Shown piece after piece: positions 25,521-39,449 of a stretch of DNA of 64,000 bases. A model generated the notes under the pieces. The model was not told the origin of the DNA. It made no database searches and saw nothing but the letters and a program-made list of their open reading frames with translations. The DNA comes from Macrostomum lignano. Its lineage: Eukaryota. A program made the translations under genes and the position numbers. The DNA is taken from positions 356,207 through 420,206 of the forward strand of contig NIVC01000576.1 in assembly GCA_002269645.1 (NCBI GenBank), in the 5' to 3' direction. Position 1 is the first letter of the stretch. Every line of letters begins with the position of its first letter.

Positions 25521-26274
25521 TTTCTATCCCTGTCATATCTAACCTCTCAAGCTGCTCCTTCCCTTCACTTTCATCTGTCTCAGCCTCCTCTATTTGTATT
25601 TTAATTCCCCATCTTCCTGGCCTGCTCTACCCTGCTCAGCCTTCCTCACCTCCCGTTTCCAGGAACTTCAGATCCAATTAGCCTGCAGAACGGAGTTTTC
25701 AATTAACCGGCCAGAATCCCTGTGCTCAATTCCCAGCCCCAAGTGCAGCTCAAATGCCCTGTTCCCTTCCTAGACAGCTTAAAATCCCCATCCTAATGGA
25801 GTTTGTTTCCTTTCGGCGCCAGGTGCTGCAAAATTCATCTATAACTCGAATACAGTTCCAGTTCACGTGTTCAGCAGATTATTCACCATTCCCTGGGGAA
25901 GATTGCAATCCGCATGCCAATTAACTTAGCAGACTGCATCAGCCATGCAGAGCCAGTAGCTAAAGAAAGAATTTTAAATAAAAGAAGAGGTTCGTTAAAA
26001 AATGAATTGAATTTTCATCCCCCACCACCCGACGTGGGCGGTTGGGGCACCGTCGCTCGCTGATCTAAGCCTCACTTTTCATTCTAAAGCTGAATTTATT
26101 TAAATCGCATATTGAATAAATAAATACGAAATGAAAAAAATTTCCGAATTAACGACGTCACACGAGAGTCCGATTAATTTAATTAGGAACCCATTTCATA
26201 TAGTAAATGTGGCTTCATAGTAAGACTGATTGACGTCAAAACAGACTGGAATGTACTTTGACTCTAAAACGGAG

Positions 26275-26975
26275 TGTAAGAGACGCTAACACCGGATGTA
26301 TAGGTGACGCTAACACCGGATGTATAGGTGACGCTAACACCGAATGTATAGGTGACGCTAACACCGGATGTATATGTGACGCTAACACCGGATGTATAGG
26401 TGACGCTAACACCGGATGTATAGGTGACGCTAACACCAGATGTATAGGTGACGCTAACACCGGATGTATAGGTGACGCTAACACCGGATGTATAGGTGAC
26501 GCTAACACCGAATGTAAGTGACGCTAACACCGGATGTAAGAGACGCTAACACCGGATGTATAGGTGACGCTAACACCGGATGTATAGGTGACGCTAACAC
26601 CGGATGTATAGGTGACGCTAACACCGAATGTAAGTGACGCTAACACCGGATGTAAGAGACGCTAACACCGGATGTATAGGTGACGCTAACACCGGATGTA
26701 TAGGTGACGCTAACACCGGATGTATAGGTGACGCTAACACCGGATGTATAGGTGACGCTAACACCGGATGTATAGGTGACGCTAACACCAGATGTATAGG
26801 TGACGCTAACACCAGATGTAAGAGACGCTAACACAGGATGTAAGAGACGCTAACACCGGATGTATAGGTGACGCTAACACCGGATGTAAGAGACGCTAAC
26901 ACCGGATGTAAGAGACGCTAACACCGGATGTAAGAGACGCTAACACCGGATGTAAGAGACGCTAGCACCGGATGT
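26275..26975. repeat. 24/22-bp minisatellite (GACGCTAACACCGGATGTATAGGT)
   Basis: Tandem units; 8-aa periodic ORFs. Confidence 0.95.
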
Positions 26976-27559
26976 GAGGCACGCAAGAAGTTAATTGCTC
27001 GTGTAATTATTATTAACCAGCTCGTAATTCCTGACAGCTGTTCGCCCCTCTCAATCTTATCCAAGTCCCTGTCTGCCTGTTCTCATCAGCCAGTCTACGT
27101 CTGAGAATCCGGATAGACAGGCTGAAAAGTCCAAATGATTCGGCTTCCCCACATCTGTTGCTGGGCGGTTAATTAAGTCCGCGACTCGAAGTGAGTAGCG
27201 GTGGCCACGATGGAGTAGGGAGGCTGGGTTCTCGCTTTCACTTATTCACTCTCATAGGAAGAAAGGGCTGCAGGAACCCTAGTGGCTTTCTCTAAGTCTG
27301 CAAGCTCAAGTGGCTCGGCTCTTGAATATATTATTGAGATTGAAGTCTGCTTCCATTGTGCCATCCACCTCAAGCAGTGCTTTAGTGCGCGCAAGTTTAT
27401 TGACTCAACGGGCCTAAGGAAAGGAGACTGAGAAGCCGGTTCCTCTCTAAAGGCCGAAAGACTGACTGTTGTATTTCAGCTTTTTTGTAAGGTTGGAGTC
27501 ACTCTAAACTGACTAAATTCTCCTTAGTTATTACCTGGAATCCTACGATTTCCTGCTCA

Positions 27560-27870
27560 ATACTAATAACAATTGATTACACCTGCCTTTTTGGGCAGAT
27601 GTGCAACCGACAGCTCAGCCGCAGCTATTGCGCGGCGCATCTGAAGGCTGCGTACGGCTGTTCAGACCAAGGACTGAAGGGGGGGACGCTGCACACAGTC
27701 TCAATTACCCCAGCTAATGCTGGCACCCATTTTACAGCTGGGTGAACTGAAGCAATTCAGAGTTACAGTGTCTTGCTCAAGGAAACCAATTTTTCCAGTG
27801 GGATCGGGAATCGAACCCCCGACCTTTAAGTCGCGAGTCCGACGCTCTAACCACTGGGCTACAAACCCCC
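27560..27870 (-). mobile_element. tRNA-derived SINE with a CORE/V-like central segment
   Basis: Minus strand: A box TAGCCCAGTGG, B box GGTTCGATTCCC, non-pairing anticodon stem, then CCTTGAGCAAGACACT...CACCCAGCTGTAAAATGGG resembling the conserved SINE core, and an AT-rich TTATTAGTATT tail. The 3' boundary is approximate. Confidence 0.7.
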
Positions 27871-28356
27871 AGACCTCTGACTCCCAGGCTGCTCAAACAC
27901 GATAAATTTATTCTGAATTTCAAAGTATGAGCGTAATAAGTTTCATCTCCAGGTGCTGCTTTTAGGTCTCCATGAATTCCTCCTGAGTGCTTGTAGTAAA
28001 ACAAGAAATTTTAATACTGTTCAAACAGGAAATCTTAGATGCAGAGTTCGCTCCGTAATTATACAGTATCGCTTTCCGATGCCAGCCCGCGGCGGATCCC
28101 CGTAGCCTCAGACTCCGCCAGCTGCATCGATTCTCTCTTTCTAGCCAGAAATCCTCGCCAACGGAAAAGTTCGATTCTGCTTTTAGTAAATTAACTGAAT
28201 CGCTTGACAAAAGAGAATACGGGAATAAAATTCGACATTAAGATAAGAAACAGGTCCATGAGGGATGAAAGCCAGGAACTCGACAGTTCTTAGGCCAGAA
28301 CTTTGAGTTGGGAAAACTGAAACAAATTTGTGCTAACAGACTGTTTTTTGGATTCT

Positions 28357-28827
<471 letters not shown>

Positions 28828-28860
28828 GTTAAATTTAACGAGCCCATCTCTCTTCCGCAG

Positions 28861-29608
28861 CTGTGGGCGATGCTGCTGCTCCTGCTGATGATCTGCAGCG
28901 TGATGTGCTACTGCCTGCAGACGCACCTGGCCTTCAGATCGCCCAGCTCCAAGGTGGCCTGGAACAACGGCACCACCGGGATCTGTCGGGACGAGCTTCG
29001 CTCCACGAACTCAAAGGTGCGCAAGGACTGCGAGACCGAGCCGCTGCAGGGCCTCGTAATCGTGGACATCACGCTGAACGCCGTGTTCACTTTTGAGTTC
29101 TTCATCAAACTGGTTGTGTCCCCTGACAAGACGAAATTCTTGAAGTCGCCGATCTCCATCATGGACATCATCATCCTGGGCTCCTACTGGATCTACGTGT
29201 CCCTGTTCTTCTTCTACTACTACAGACCGGACGCGGAGGAGCTTCAGCAGTGGTCCGCCGACCCACCCGGCGTGACCCTCTGGTGGCTCAACGTCCTATC
29301 AATGTCTCAGGCCTTGAGAATACTTCGTGTGTTCAAGATTAGCAAAATTAGTCGGGGTCTGCGGGTGCTGATGCTGACGGTGAAGAAGTCCATCCCGGAG
29401 CTGGTGCTGCTGGGCTTCCTACTGATGAACGGCATGTTCCTGTTCAGCTCCATGGTGTACATGGCCGAGTACAGGCAGATTGACACGTTCAGCGACATTC
29501 CCGAGGCATTCTGGTGGAGCATCATCACCCTCACCACGGTGGGCTACGGCGACATTGTGCCGAAGGGCGGTCCCGGCTTCATCGTGGGATCGATTGCCGC
29601 GGTGTCTG
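28861..29608 (+). CDS. Shaw: Shaw/Kv3 channel coding exon 2 (S1-S5, pore loop, start of S6)
   Basis: Acceptor CTCTCTTCCGCAG|, in frame with exon 1. S2 FTFEFFIK, S4 LRILRVFKISK, selectivity filter WWSIITLTTVGYGDIVP. Donor G|GTGAGT, phase 1. Confidence 0.95.
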
Positions 29609-29639
29609 GTGAGTTGCTGTGGGCTGGGGGTGATGGCGA

Positions 29640-30230
29640 GTCTGTCCCAGTGTCTGTCCCAGTGTCTGTCCCAGTGTCTGTCCCAGTGTCTGTCTCAGTG
29701 TCTGTCCCAGTGTCTGTCCCAGTGTCTGTCCCAGTGTCTGTCCTAGTGCTGTCCCAGTGTCTGTCTCAGTGTCTATCCTAGTGTCTCTGAGTGTCTGTCC
29801 CAGTGTCTGTCCCAGTGTCTGTCCCAGTGCCTGTCCCAGTGTCTGTCCCAGTGCCTGTCCCAGTGTCTGTCACAGTGTCTGTCGCAGTGTCTATCCTAGT
29901 GTCTCTGAATGTCTGTCCTAGTGTCTGTCCCAGTGTCTGTCCCTATGTCTGTCCCAGTGCTGTCCCTATGTCTGTCCCAGTGTCTGTCGCAGTGTCTATC
30001 CTAGTGTCTCTGAGTGTCTGTCCCAGTGTCTGTCCCAGTGTCTGTCCTAGTGTCTGTCCCAGTGCCTGTCCCAGTGCTGTCCCTATGTCTGTCCCAGGGT
30101 CTGTCCCAGTGCTGTCCCTATGTCTGTCTCAGTGTCTGTCCCAGTGTCTCTGAGTGTTTGTCCTAGTGTCTGTCCCAGTGTCTGTCTCAGTGTCTATCCC
30201 AGTGTCTGTCCCAGTGTCTGTCCGTGTCTG
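29640..30230. repeat. 12-bp minisatellite (GTGTCTGTCCCA) at the start of Kv intron 2
   Basis: Direct read. Confidence 0.93.
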
Positions 30231-32179
30231 TCCATCTCTCATTTAGAATGCTTAGATGGCAGTTGAGACTGGCAGTAATTATCCCTCAGGCTGAGCAGAG
30301 TCGGCAAGCACTGGAGATTATTTTCAGAGAGATTATAAATTTCTGCAGTCCACCAGCCTGCTATAGTAAGCACTGAGAACTTCCGTTTCCTTTGAGTCAT
30401 GTGGGGTGGGGATCAGAGGGCTGGCAAAATCTACCTTTAGTCCCAGGTAAAATTCCTGCTGAACCTGCTGCTCCGGGAATGAAGAAAGTTGATGGACACG
30501 AAAAATTTTTTCCAGAGTCGATATAATCTCAACCTCCAGAGCCCAGCGGGCGGTTAGGGAGGGGGAGAGATTTGAATTTTTTTCTCATATATTTTTTTGA
30601 GAGATGACTTGAGAACCGTCGAGAAAGTGCACGAACTGGCATATCTAGAGTCGTTTCTGGCTCTGAGACTGCTTACACGGCTCTGGCTGCCGTGTCCCGC
30701 TCAGTCAGGCCCTGAGCCCTCAAACCGTCTCTCACTTCTGCTTTTCCAATCAATACACGACCATAGCCAGCCGGGCAAAGTCTTGGCTGTGGGCATAATA
30801 GAGGCGGCGATGGATCATGCATGCACACCCGGTCCTGCTCCACATTCGGCTTGACTATGCGGGCGTGAGGATCAGGGAAAGGAATCACTCGGTGCGCAAG
30901 TCGTCCGTCATACACATATAGATTACGCTTGCAGCTATTCTTATATGCGTATGGACAGTCGTTATCATATGCCTTCTCTTGTCGATTGTGTAGTTCGGAG
31001 TTCTGTTCGTAACAGTAGCAATTAATGATTCATCAAATATCTGTATAGTTGAAATATAATCAGGTGTTAAAGCTCAATTTGAAGCTTTATAAACTAAATG
31101 CAGGCTTGATAAAAAGCAGGTTCTGATTAGACAAATACATCTACAAAATATGAATCTAAAAAAATTATTGGCACCAGCAAAACTTTTTTATGTACTTTTA
31201 AATTACTGGATAAATAAGCAATTCTGAATTTAGCACAGTAACAAATGTACCGCTTTTAAGATGCAGTCACAAAATTAAATTAAACTAAATTAAATTAATC
31301 AGTTTAGAACATTTTAGCTCGTAACAAAAGAATACAAATAAAATATGTACTTTTATTTTCTAGAAAGTTTTCTATTTTTTTATTTATACTCACAAAATGT
31401 TTATTATTGTTAATAACTTTAAAGTTAATAACTTTTCCATTTTCTTTGGTACACCGTACTTCAAAATCTAGAGCATTCCGGAAGCTGAGATAACTCCATA
31501 ATTAAGCAGCATCCGATGCGGAACTGATTTAACCGCTGAAATCTTCTCAAAATATTATGGATCACATTTTAGGTTCTTATACATCCAAAGGATTCCTGAC
31601 TATAAATTTAATTTTTACAATTTCTGAACATTGGCCAGTGTTACAGTAAAAGGCGTATATATTTTTTGTCGAGTCTGTTCCCAACAAGCAGCCATCAGGG
31701 CTGAGTTGGGTGAGAAGTTCGGCTACGCGTATAAGGGCAATTCTTCCCTTATAATGCAAGTCATCATCCCTGGCCCCTATTGGGAATTGAGCCGCGGAGA
31801 GGATGGGGAGAGAGGACCCAGGCCGTTGGCAAGGCCACACGCCCAGGTCGATAAACGATAAACCTGCCCCCCACTCTACTCTCATCATCCTCTCCCTCAG
31901 ATCCATGCAGTAGATTTCATTAGCTTCTTATCGGAAAAATGGCTTAAGCCACTTGGTTACTGGGATTTAAGTAGCTATAACTATAGGGTTGGCGGCGGCG
32001 TTAGGCCATTTATTCATTCGCTTGGCCTGGTCAAGGGCAATTTTCACTGCAGCAATTGCTGGCAAGACTGTAGCAAACTAGCTATTAGAGCCTAAATAAG
32101 CATGCCTAACTTGACTACTTATGATTAAGTAGCAGGTGATAAAAATTTCAATATTTTACTGATCGTGTGCCGGTACTTT

Positions 32180-32540
32180 TATTAGTACACGTGTCTATTT
32201 ATTAGTACGCGTGCCATATATTACGCACACGTATCATTGATTAGTGCGCGCGTCCTTGAACTGGTACGCGTGTTTATGATTTAGTGCCCGTGACCTTAAA
32301 TTAGTGCGCGTGTCCTTTAATTAGTGCGCGTGTCCTTGAATTAGTGCGCGTGTCCTTCCTTGATTTAGTACGCGTGCCCTTGACTAAGTGCACGCGTCCT
32401 TGGATTAGTGCGTGTGTCCTTGAATTAGTGCGCGTGTCCTTAATTTAGTACGCGTGCCCTTGATAAGTGCACGTGTCCTTGATTAGTGCAAGTGTCCTTG
32501 ATAAGTGCGCGTGTTCTTGAATAGTGCACCCGTCCTTATT
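32180..32540. repeat. Degenerate ~20-bp minisatellite (TTAGTGCGCGTGTCCTTGAA)
   Basis: Imperfect tandem units upstream of Kv exon 3. Confidence 0.8.
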
Positions 32541-32604
32541 GCTTGTAAGTTTAATCGAACACGCAGAGTTCGGTGAAATATTTTCAATTCATTTTTTTTC
32601 GCAG

Positions 32605-33302
32605 GCTGCATCGTTACTGGCCTGGCCATCCCCATCATCGGCAACAACTTCAACACCTACTACAAGTACATGCAGAACCAGATGAAGGAGAACAAGTACT
32701 TGAAGATCATGACCAAAGACCTGAACAGCAGCCTAGCCAGCCAGGGCGGCGGCCGCTACGGCCAAGGTGGCAACAAGCGCTACATTCAGCAGCGCAGCTA
32801 CGACAACAAAGCCGCCACGGACGACAAAATTCTCAACGGGCTCATCAAGAAAAACCGCGGCGCCGCGGCAGTCGCTGGCACCGGAGCGCCACCGTCTCCT
32901 GTGGCGCCGACTGCTCAGCCGCTCGTCGCGGCCACTTCCGTAGCAGCAGCAACTACTATAACCACTTCGGCCACTCTTGAGCAGCAGCCACCGCCGCTGC
33001 TGCCACCGCCGCCGCCGCCCCCGATCGTCACGGTGACAGTGACGGGCCCGAGCGGCATCAGCAACAGCCGCAGCAGCCTGGGCAACTTGTTCTGCAGCCA
33101 CGTTGGCGCCGCCTCGGGCAGGAAAAAACTCTCTGTGGACTTCTCGTCTGTCATGTCGACAACGTCGGCGTCAGCGGCTGCACCTGCGGCCGCCTCAGGC
33201 GGCGGACTCGACGACGAAGATGAGGCTCAGGTGCCAATTATCGATCGGACGGATGAGAATGAGTCCGATGACTCCGATCTTGAGCAGGAGCAGTTTGTCT
33301 AG
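32605..33302 (+). CDS. Shaw: Shaw/Kv3 channel coding exon 3 (rest of S6 and low-complexity C-tail, stop TAG)
   Basis: Acceptor TTTTTTTCGCAG|, phase 1 compatible. Reads GCIVTGLAIPIIGNNFNTYYKYMQ, in register with S6 GVLTIALPVPVIVSNF..YY. Total CDS 1914 nt = 637 aa plus stop. Confidence 0.88.
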
Positions 33303-33384
33303 CTTGATAAAAGTAGATAAAAAGTAGCGTTGCAGTTGGAAATGCTTGGCGACATGTCGAATTCGAGTACACAAAATTATGTAA

Positions 33385-33930
33385 CCTGTTAGACAGGTGT
33401 GCCACCTGTTAGACAGGTGTCAAATGTTAGAAAGGTGTCACAGGTTAGACAGGTGTGTCACAGGTTAGACAGGTGTGTCACATTTTAGACATGTGTGTCA
33501 CCTGTTAGACAAGTGTGTCACCTGTTAGACAAGTGTGTTACCTGTTAGACAGGTGTGTCACCTGTTAGACAGGTGTGTCACCTGTTAGACAAGTGTGTTA
33601 CCTGTTAGACAGGAGAATCACCTGTAAGACAGGTGTGTCACCTGTTAGACAGGTGTGTTACCTGTTAGACAAGTGTGTTACCTGTTAGACAGGTGTGTCA
33701 CCTGTTAGACAGGTGTGTCACCTGTTAGACAGGTGTGTCACCTGTTAGACAGGTGTGTCACCTGTTAGACAGGTGTGTCACCTGTTAGACAGGTGTGTCA
33801 CCTGTTATACAGGTGTGTCACCTGTTAGACAGGTGTGTCACCTGTTAGACAGGTGTGTCACCTGTTAGACAGGTGTGTCACCTGTTAGAAAGGAGTTCCC
33901 CTTATTAGGCAGGATTGGTACCTGTTAGGG
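33385..33930. repeat. 20-bp palindromic minisatellite (CACCTGTTAGACAGGTGTGT) just downstream of the Kv stop codon
   Basis: Each unit has 7-bp inverted arms CACCTGT/ACAGGTG around TAG. Confidence 0.93.
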
Positions 33931-34734
33931 GTGTCGCTAGTTAATTTGGGAAGGTTTGAATAACAACAATTGAATGCTTGACAAACAATAATGAAAAAGC
34001 GCCATGCGTAGAAGTGAAGTTTTACACGTTCCAACGAATAGCAAAGACACAACAAAGACATGCAGTTACATGCGGTGCACCTCCTTATGATGTGCGGTAA
34101 TAGCAGCTCTGTTTATGGGCAATTTTGCTTGCGACTAATTACCATTTTGTAAAAGTTTGCGAAAAAAGCTAAATGCATACATACCACAAAAACTTTGACC
34201 TCATTCAACACACACGCGCGGCATACTAACATGAGCAGTACAATATCACTTGGAAACCTTTTTCAGATCAGACAAGCAAATAAACATTCCAACCATCATT
34301 GAGCCACCTGAATCTAGATTCTTTATGCAATGCACCCTCCTGATGTATTTTGATTGCTTACATTCATATGTATTACCTCAAGGTCGCACAGCAAATGGAA
34401 GCATTCACAATCGCTGTGATTTCATCGCATGCATTTAGTCTGATACTATTTGAAAATGTTCACTATTTAGTTCAATAGAAAACATTCGGCAATCATTTAT
34501 ATTAATTCGCGACGTCCATCTAAGCAACTTTTTAAAATTAGCATAATTTGACTCCTCTGTGTACATTGCTGTTGAAACAATATTTTTCCAAAAAATATAA
34601 AATATAAACGTGTGGTAAATCTGCTTCTAATTGTGATAATAGACGCAAGTGAGCGGCTTGAGGAAACAAATATACGAGTTTAAGTTGCATTTCTTGCTTT
34701 GAATTAAAAAAAAACGGTAAGGAAATTAATGTTC

Positions 34735-35695
34735 AACTGAAGGACCCGAAGGGACTTTAGCGACGAACCACTGATGGAAGATGGCAGTCAACAGAATGTC
34801 CTGAAGGGAATTTATCAGCCAACAACTGAAGGACCTGAAGGGAATTTAGCAGTCAACAGAATGTCCTGAAGGGAATTTATCAGCCAACAACTGAAGGACC
34901 TGAAGGGAATTTAGCAGTCAACAGAATGTCCTGAAGGGAATTTATCAGCCAACAACTGAAGGACCTGAAGGGAATTTAGCAGTCAACAGAATGTCCTGAA
35001 GGGAATTTATCAGCCAACAACTGAAGGACCTGAAGGGAATTTAGCAGCCAACTGAAGGACCTGAAAGGAATTTAGCAGCCAACTGAAGGACCTGAAAGGA
35101 ATTTAGCAGCCAACTGAAGAACCCGAAGGGAATTTAGCAGCCAACTGAAGGACCTGAAGGGAATTTAGCAGCCAACTGAAGGACCTGAAGGGAATTTAGC
35201 AGCCAACTGAAGGACCTGAAAGGAATTTAGCAGCCAACTGAAGAACCCGAAGGGAATTTAGCAGCCAACTGAAGGACCTGAAGGGAATTTAGCAGATAAA
35301 TGAAGGACCTGAAGGGAATTTAGCAGCCAACTGAAGGACCTGAAAGGAATTTAGCAGACAAGTGAAGGACCTGAAGGGAATTTAGCAGCCAACTGAAGGA
35401 CCTGAAAGGAATTTAGCAGACAAGTGAAGGACCTGAAGGGAATTTAGCAGCCAACTGAAGAACCTGAAGGGAATTTAGCAGCCAACTGAACGTCCTGAAG
35501 GGAATTTAGCAGCCAACTGAACGTCCTGAAGGGAATTTAGCAGCCAACTGAATGACCTGAAGGGAATTTAGCAGCCAACTGAATGACCTGAAGGGAATTT
35601 AGCAGCCAACTGAATGACCTGAAGGGAATTTAGCAGCCAACTGAATGACCTGAAGGGAATTTAGCAGCCAACTGAATGACCTGAAGGGTATTTAG
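34735..35695. repeat. 31-bp minisatellite (CTGAAGGACCTGAAGGGAATTTAGCAGCCAA) with a 65-bp dimeric higher-order block at its left end
   Basis: ACAGAATGTC recurs ending at 34800, 34865, 34930 and 34995; the 31-bp monomer follows. Confidence 0.92.
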
Positions 35696-36539
35696 CGGCG
35701 GCCAACGGCAGAACATATTATTTTGGACCATAACTGAAAAAAACAACAGAATCTAAGATGATTTTGAACTAAAAAAGTAAAGGAAGAAAAGCGCTAACGC
35801 AGTCAATAATATTTAATTCAAGGCATTCAGAATATTTGCCCACACCGCCTATTCTAATAGTTTTTATTTAATGGAAATTTTTAATCAAATATTTTTTAAT
35901 TTCCAATTTAACGTGAAGAAAATCATTCTAATGGGGTCAGGGAAAATGTGTTTTGAAAAATAAGCATAAATAAACAAATCTGGCAGACTATTTTTAATTT
36001 TTTTCCGATACTACTTATAGCATTAATTAAGTAGTAAGCAGCAAATCATATAGAAAAATAACTTGACAGAAAATATTGTCAAAATCAGTCGGAGAGAAAG
36101 CGTTACCACGTCACATTTTAGGGACATTTTATTAGGGATAAAAGTTCAAAATGTACCTAATTGTCAGCAGGGAAAAGTTATAACAAAAGACAAACAAAAA
36201 AGAAATATTATATACCAGAATATAATAAATATTAAGGGCAAGTAGAAAAAGAATGGTGCGGTTCGAACGTGAACATGATTGGATCCACACATAAACAGCA
36301 TCGTAACAGTAATAGTGAGCAGTAAATACATTGAAAAAACCTATATTAAACATTTTATGGTCTAGTTATTTACAATTCTAATAGCAATATTGAATTCTTG
36401 AAACTGGGTACAACTGAAAACATAATTTGGTAGGATGAAGACACAAGAAATAGGTATTTGAAGTAGTAGGTCTTTGTATACTACTATATTTATGTCTATC
36501 CTTTCAGGCGCCTGGTAAAGAAAACTGTGGGAGAGTTAG

Positions 36540-36990
<451 letters not shown>

Positions 36991-37564
36991 AGCCGGAGAC
37001 AAGTGAGCAAACAATAAAAGTACTAACTCGAACAAGCAGCTGGCGAGCCGCAACACAAATGACAAGCAAGGGCAGGAAGGCTGAAAAGCCTTGGATAAAG
37101 CTTGGGCGCAAAATGTCAATTATTTTGAATAAATTATCTATGTCTTACGAGTAAAACAAAAAATATGACGTCTATATTTATATAATAAAATAGCTAATAC
37201 GTCTCTCTCATAATAATTACAACCGAGGCTTGAAACAGTAAACATATGCCAAGTAAAGACCGAAGCCACACCTTGGGCGCCAAGGTAAAAATTGAAGAAA
37301 TTGTTTAGCATCAGAAATAAAAATTAGCTGATAATTTAAGCATCGACTTCAATTTAGCATGCACAAAAACACGTTGACGTTTGATAATTTCAAGAAATTC
37401 GTGTGTGAAGATTTTGACGCAATCTTTGACAGTCAAAAGCTGCAGTGACTTTGCAGACTAGCATTATATTTGGGTCAGAGATGACGATTATATAAAAGCA
37501 GCTGAGGATTTTTTGCGGATTCAACATTCTCTTTCTTACAACAGACGCCTTTGTGAAGGATTGT

Positions 37565-38880
37565 CTAGATTTGGGGTCTCGGATTTATCTATCTAGATTT
37601 GGGGTCTGGGATTTACCATGGTATCTATCTAGATTTGGGATCTGGGATTTATCTATCTAGATTTGGGATCTGGGATTTATCTATGTAGATTTGGGATCTG
37701 GGATTTATCTATCTAGATTTGGGATCTGGGATTTATCTATTTGGGATCTGGGATTTATCTATCTAGATTTGGGATCTGGGATTTATCTATCTAGATTTGG
37801 GATCTGGGATTTATCTATCTAGATTTGGGGTCTCGGATTTATCTATCTAGATTTGGGGTCTGGGATTTACCATGGTATCTATCTAGATTTGGGATCTGGG
37901 ATTTATCTATCTAGATTTGGGATCTGGGATTTATCTATCTAGATTTGGGATCTGGGATTTATCTATCTAGATTTGGGATCTGGGATTTATCTATCTAGAT
38001 TTGGGATCTGGGATTTATTTATCTAGATTTGGGATCTGGGATTTATTTATCTAGATTTGGGATCTGGGATTTATCTATATTGATTTGGGATCTGGGATTT
38101 ATCTAACTAGATTTGGGATCTGGGATTTATCTATCTAGATTTGGGGTCTCGGATTTATCTATCTAGATTTGGGGTCTGGGATTTACCATGGTATCTATCT
38201 AGATTTGGGATCTGGGATTTATCTATCTAGATTTGGGATCTGGGATTTATCTATCTAGATTTGGGATCTGGGATTTATCTATCTAGATTTGGGATCTGGG
38301 ATTTATCTAACTAGATTTGGGATCTGGGATTTATCTATATAGATTTGGGATCTGGGATTTATCTATAAAGATTTGGGATCTGGGATTTATCTATCTAGAT
38401 TTGGGATCTGGGATTTATCTATAAAGATTTGGGATCTGGGATTTATCTATCTAGATTTGGGATCTGGGATTTATCTAACTAGATTTGGGATCTGGGATTT
38501 ATCTATATAGATTTGGGATCTGGGATTTATCTAACTAGATTTGGGATCTGGGATTTATCTATCTAGATTTGGGATCTGGGATTTATCTAACTAGATTTGG
38601 GATCTGGGATTTATCTATATAGATTTGGGATCTGGGATTTATCTAACTAGATTTGGGATCTGGGATTTATCTATATAGATTTGGGATCTGGGATTTATCT
38701 ATAAAGATTTCGGATCTGGGATTTATCTATCTAGATTTGGGATCTGGGATTTATCTATGTAGATTTGGGATCTGGGATTTATCTATCTAGATTTGGGGTC
38801 TGGGATCATTTTATATAAATTAGGGATCTGGGATTTATCTATCTAGATTTGGGATCCGGGATCATTCTATGTAGATTTGG
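37565..38880. repeat. 28-bp minisatellite (ATCTAGATTTGGGATCTGGGATTTATCT) just beyond the USP2 stop codon
   Basis: Tandem units read directly. Confidence 0.95.
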
Positions 38881-38962
38881 GATCGGACAAATACTTTGAT
38901 GACAAACCTTAACCAGTATCAAAGTCCCTAATCTCGCATCTGCATCAGGATACATAAACATC

Positions 38963-39285
38963 TTAATGATTGCCATTCGCCATCACGTGCTTCTCCGTGT
39001 TCTCTTCGTCCTCGCCGTTTTCACACACGGGGTCGTCGCCCTCGTTGTCGTCGTCGCCGACATCTTCGGCGGGTTGGCTGTCCACTCTGGAGTAGAACAG
39101 CACGTAGCCTTCGGTGCTGACTACGGACCTCGTTGAAGCCTCCTCGACCCGGTTGTCGTTGTACCGCAGCCAGCGGCCTGTGCCGGCGTGTCGTACAACA
39201 GCCGTGTAGTGACCGCCGTAGGGTGTACCAGCGTGCTCGCTGACTGCGTACAGCCGGTACTGCGGCGTCTGGCGGAGCCGGCATT
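38963..39285 (-). CDS. USP2: USP2/USP21-type ubiquitin-specific protease, exon 4 (His box, stop)
   Basis: YRLYAVSEHAGTPYGGHYTAV...WLRYNDNRV...GYVLFY. Acceptor CCGCCAG| is phase-1 compatible; the exact acceptor is inferred from phase. Confidence 0.88.
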
Positions 39286-39449
39286 CTGGCGGGGCGCGAG
39301 GGGAATCAGTATTTGCATGCCTCAGAGACACATTGTGCCTTGGAGTCTGCACTCTTTAACTACCGGATCGGTCAGTACTCTGCCAGGTTGACCAATAAGC
39401 CACTCTGACAATGTAGTACCCCTACACCCACCCATCATTACCCACGAAT

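Noticed and set aside
27795-27870. Functional tRNA gene
   Set aside because: The anticodon and acceptor stems do not pair and it continues into a SINE-like body.
29609-29781. Extended Kv exon 2 with an (SVPV)n tail
   Set aside because: This is read-through into the intronic 12-bp repeat; a consensus donor at 29609 and a phase-matched exon 3 complete S6.
33288-33302. PDZ-binding motif at the Kv C-terminus (EQFV)
   Set aside because: Position -2 is Gln, which fits none of the classical PDZ classes.
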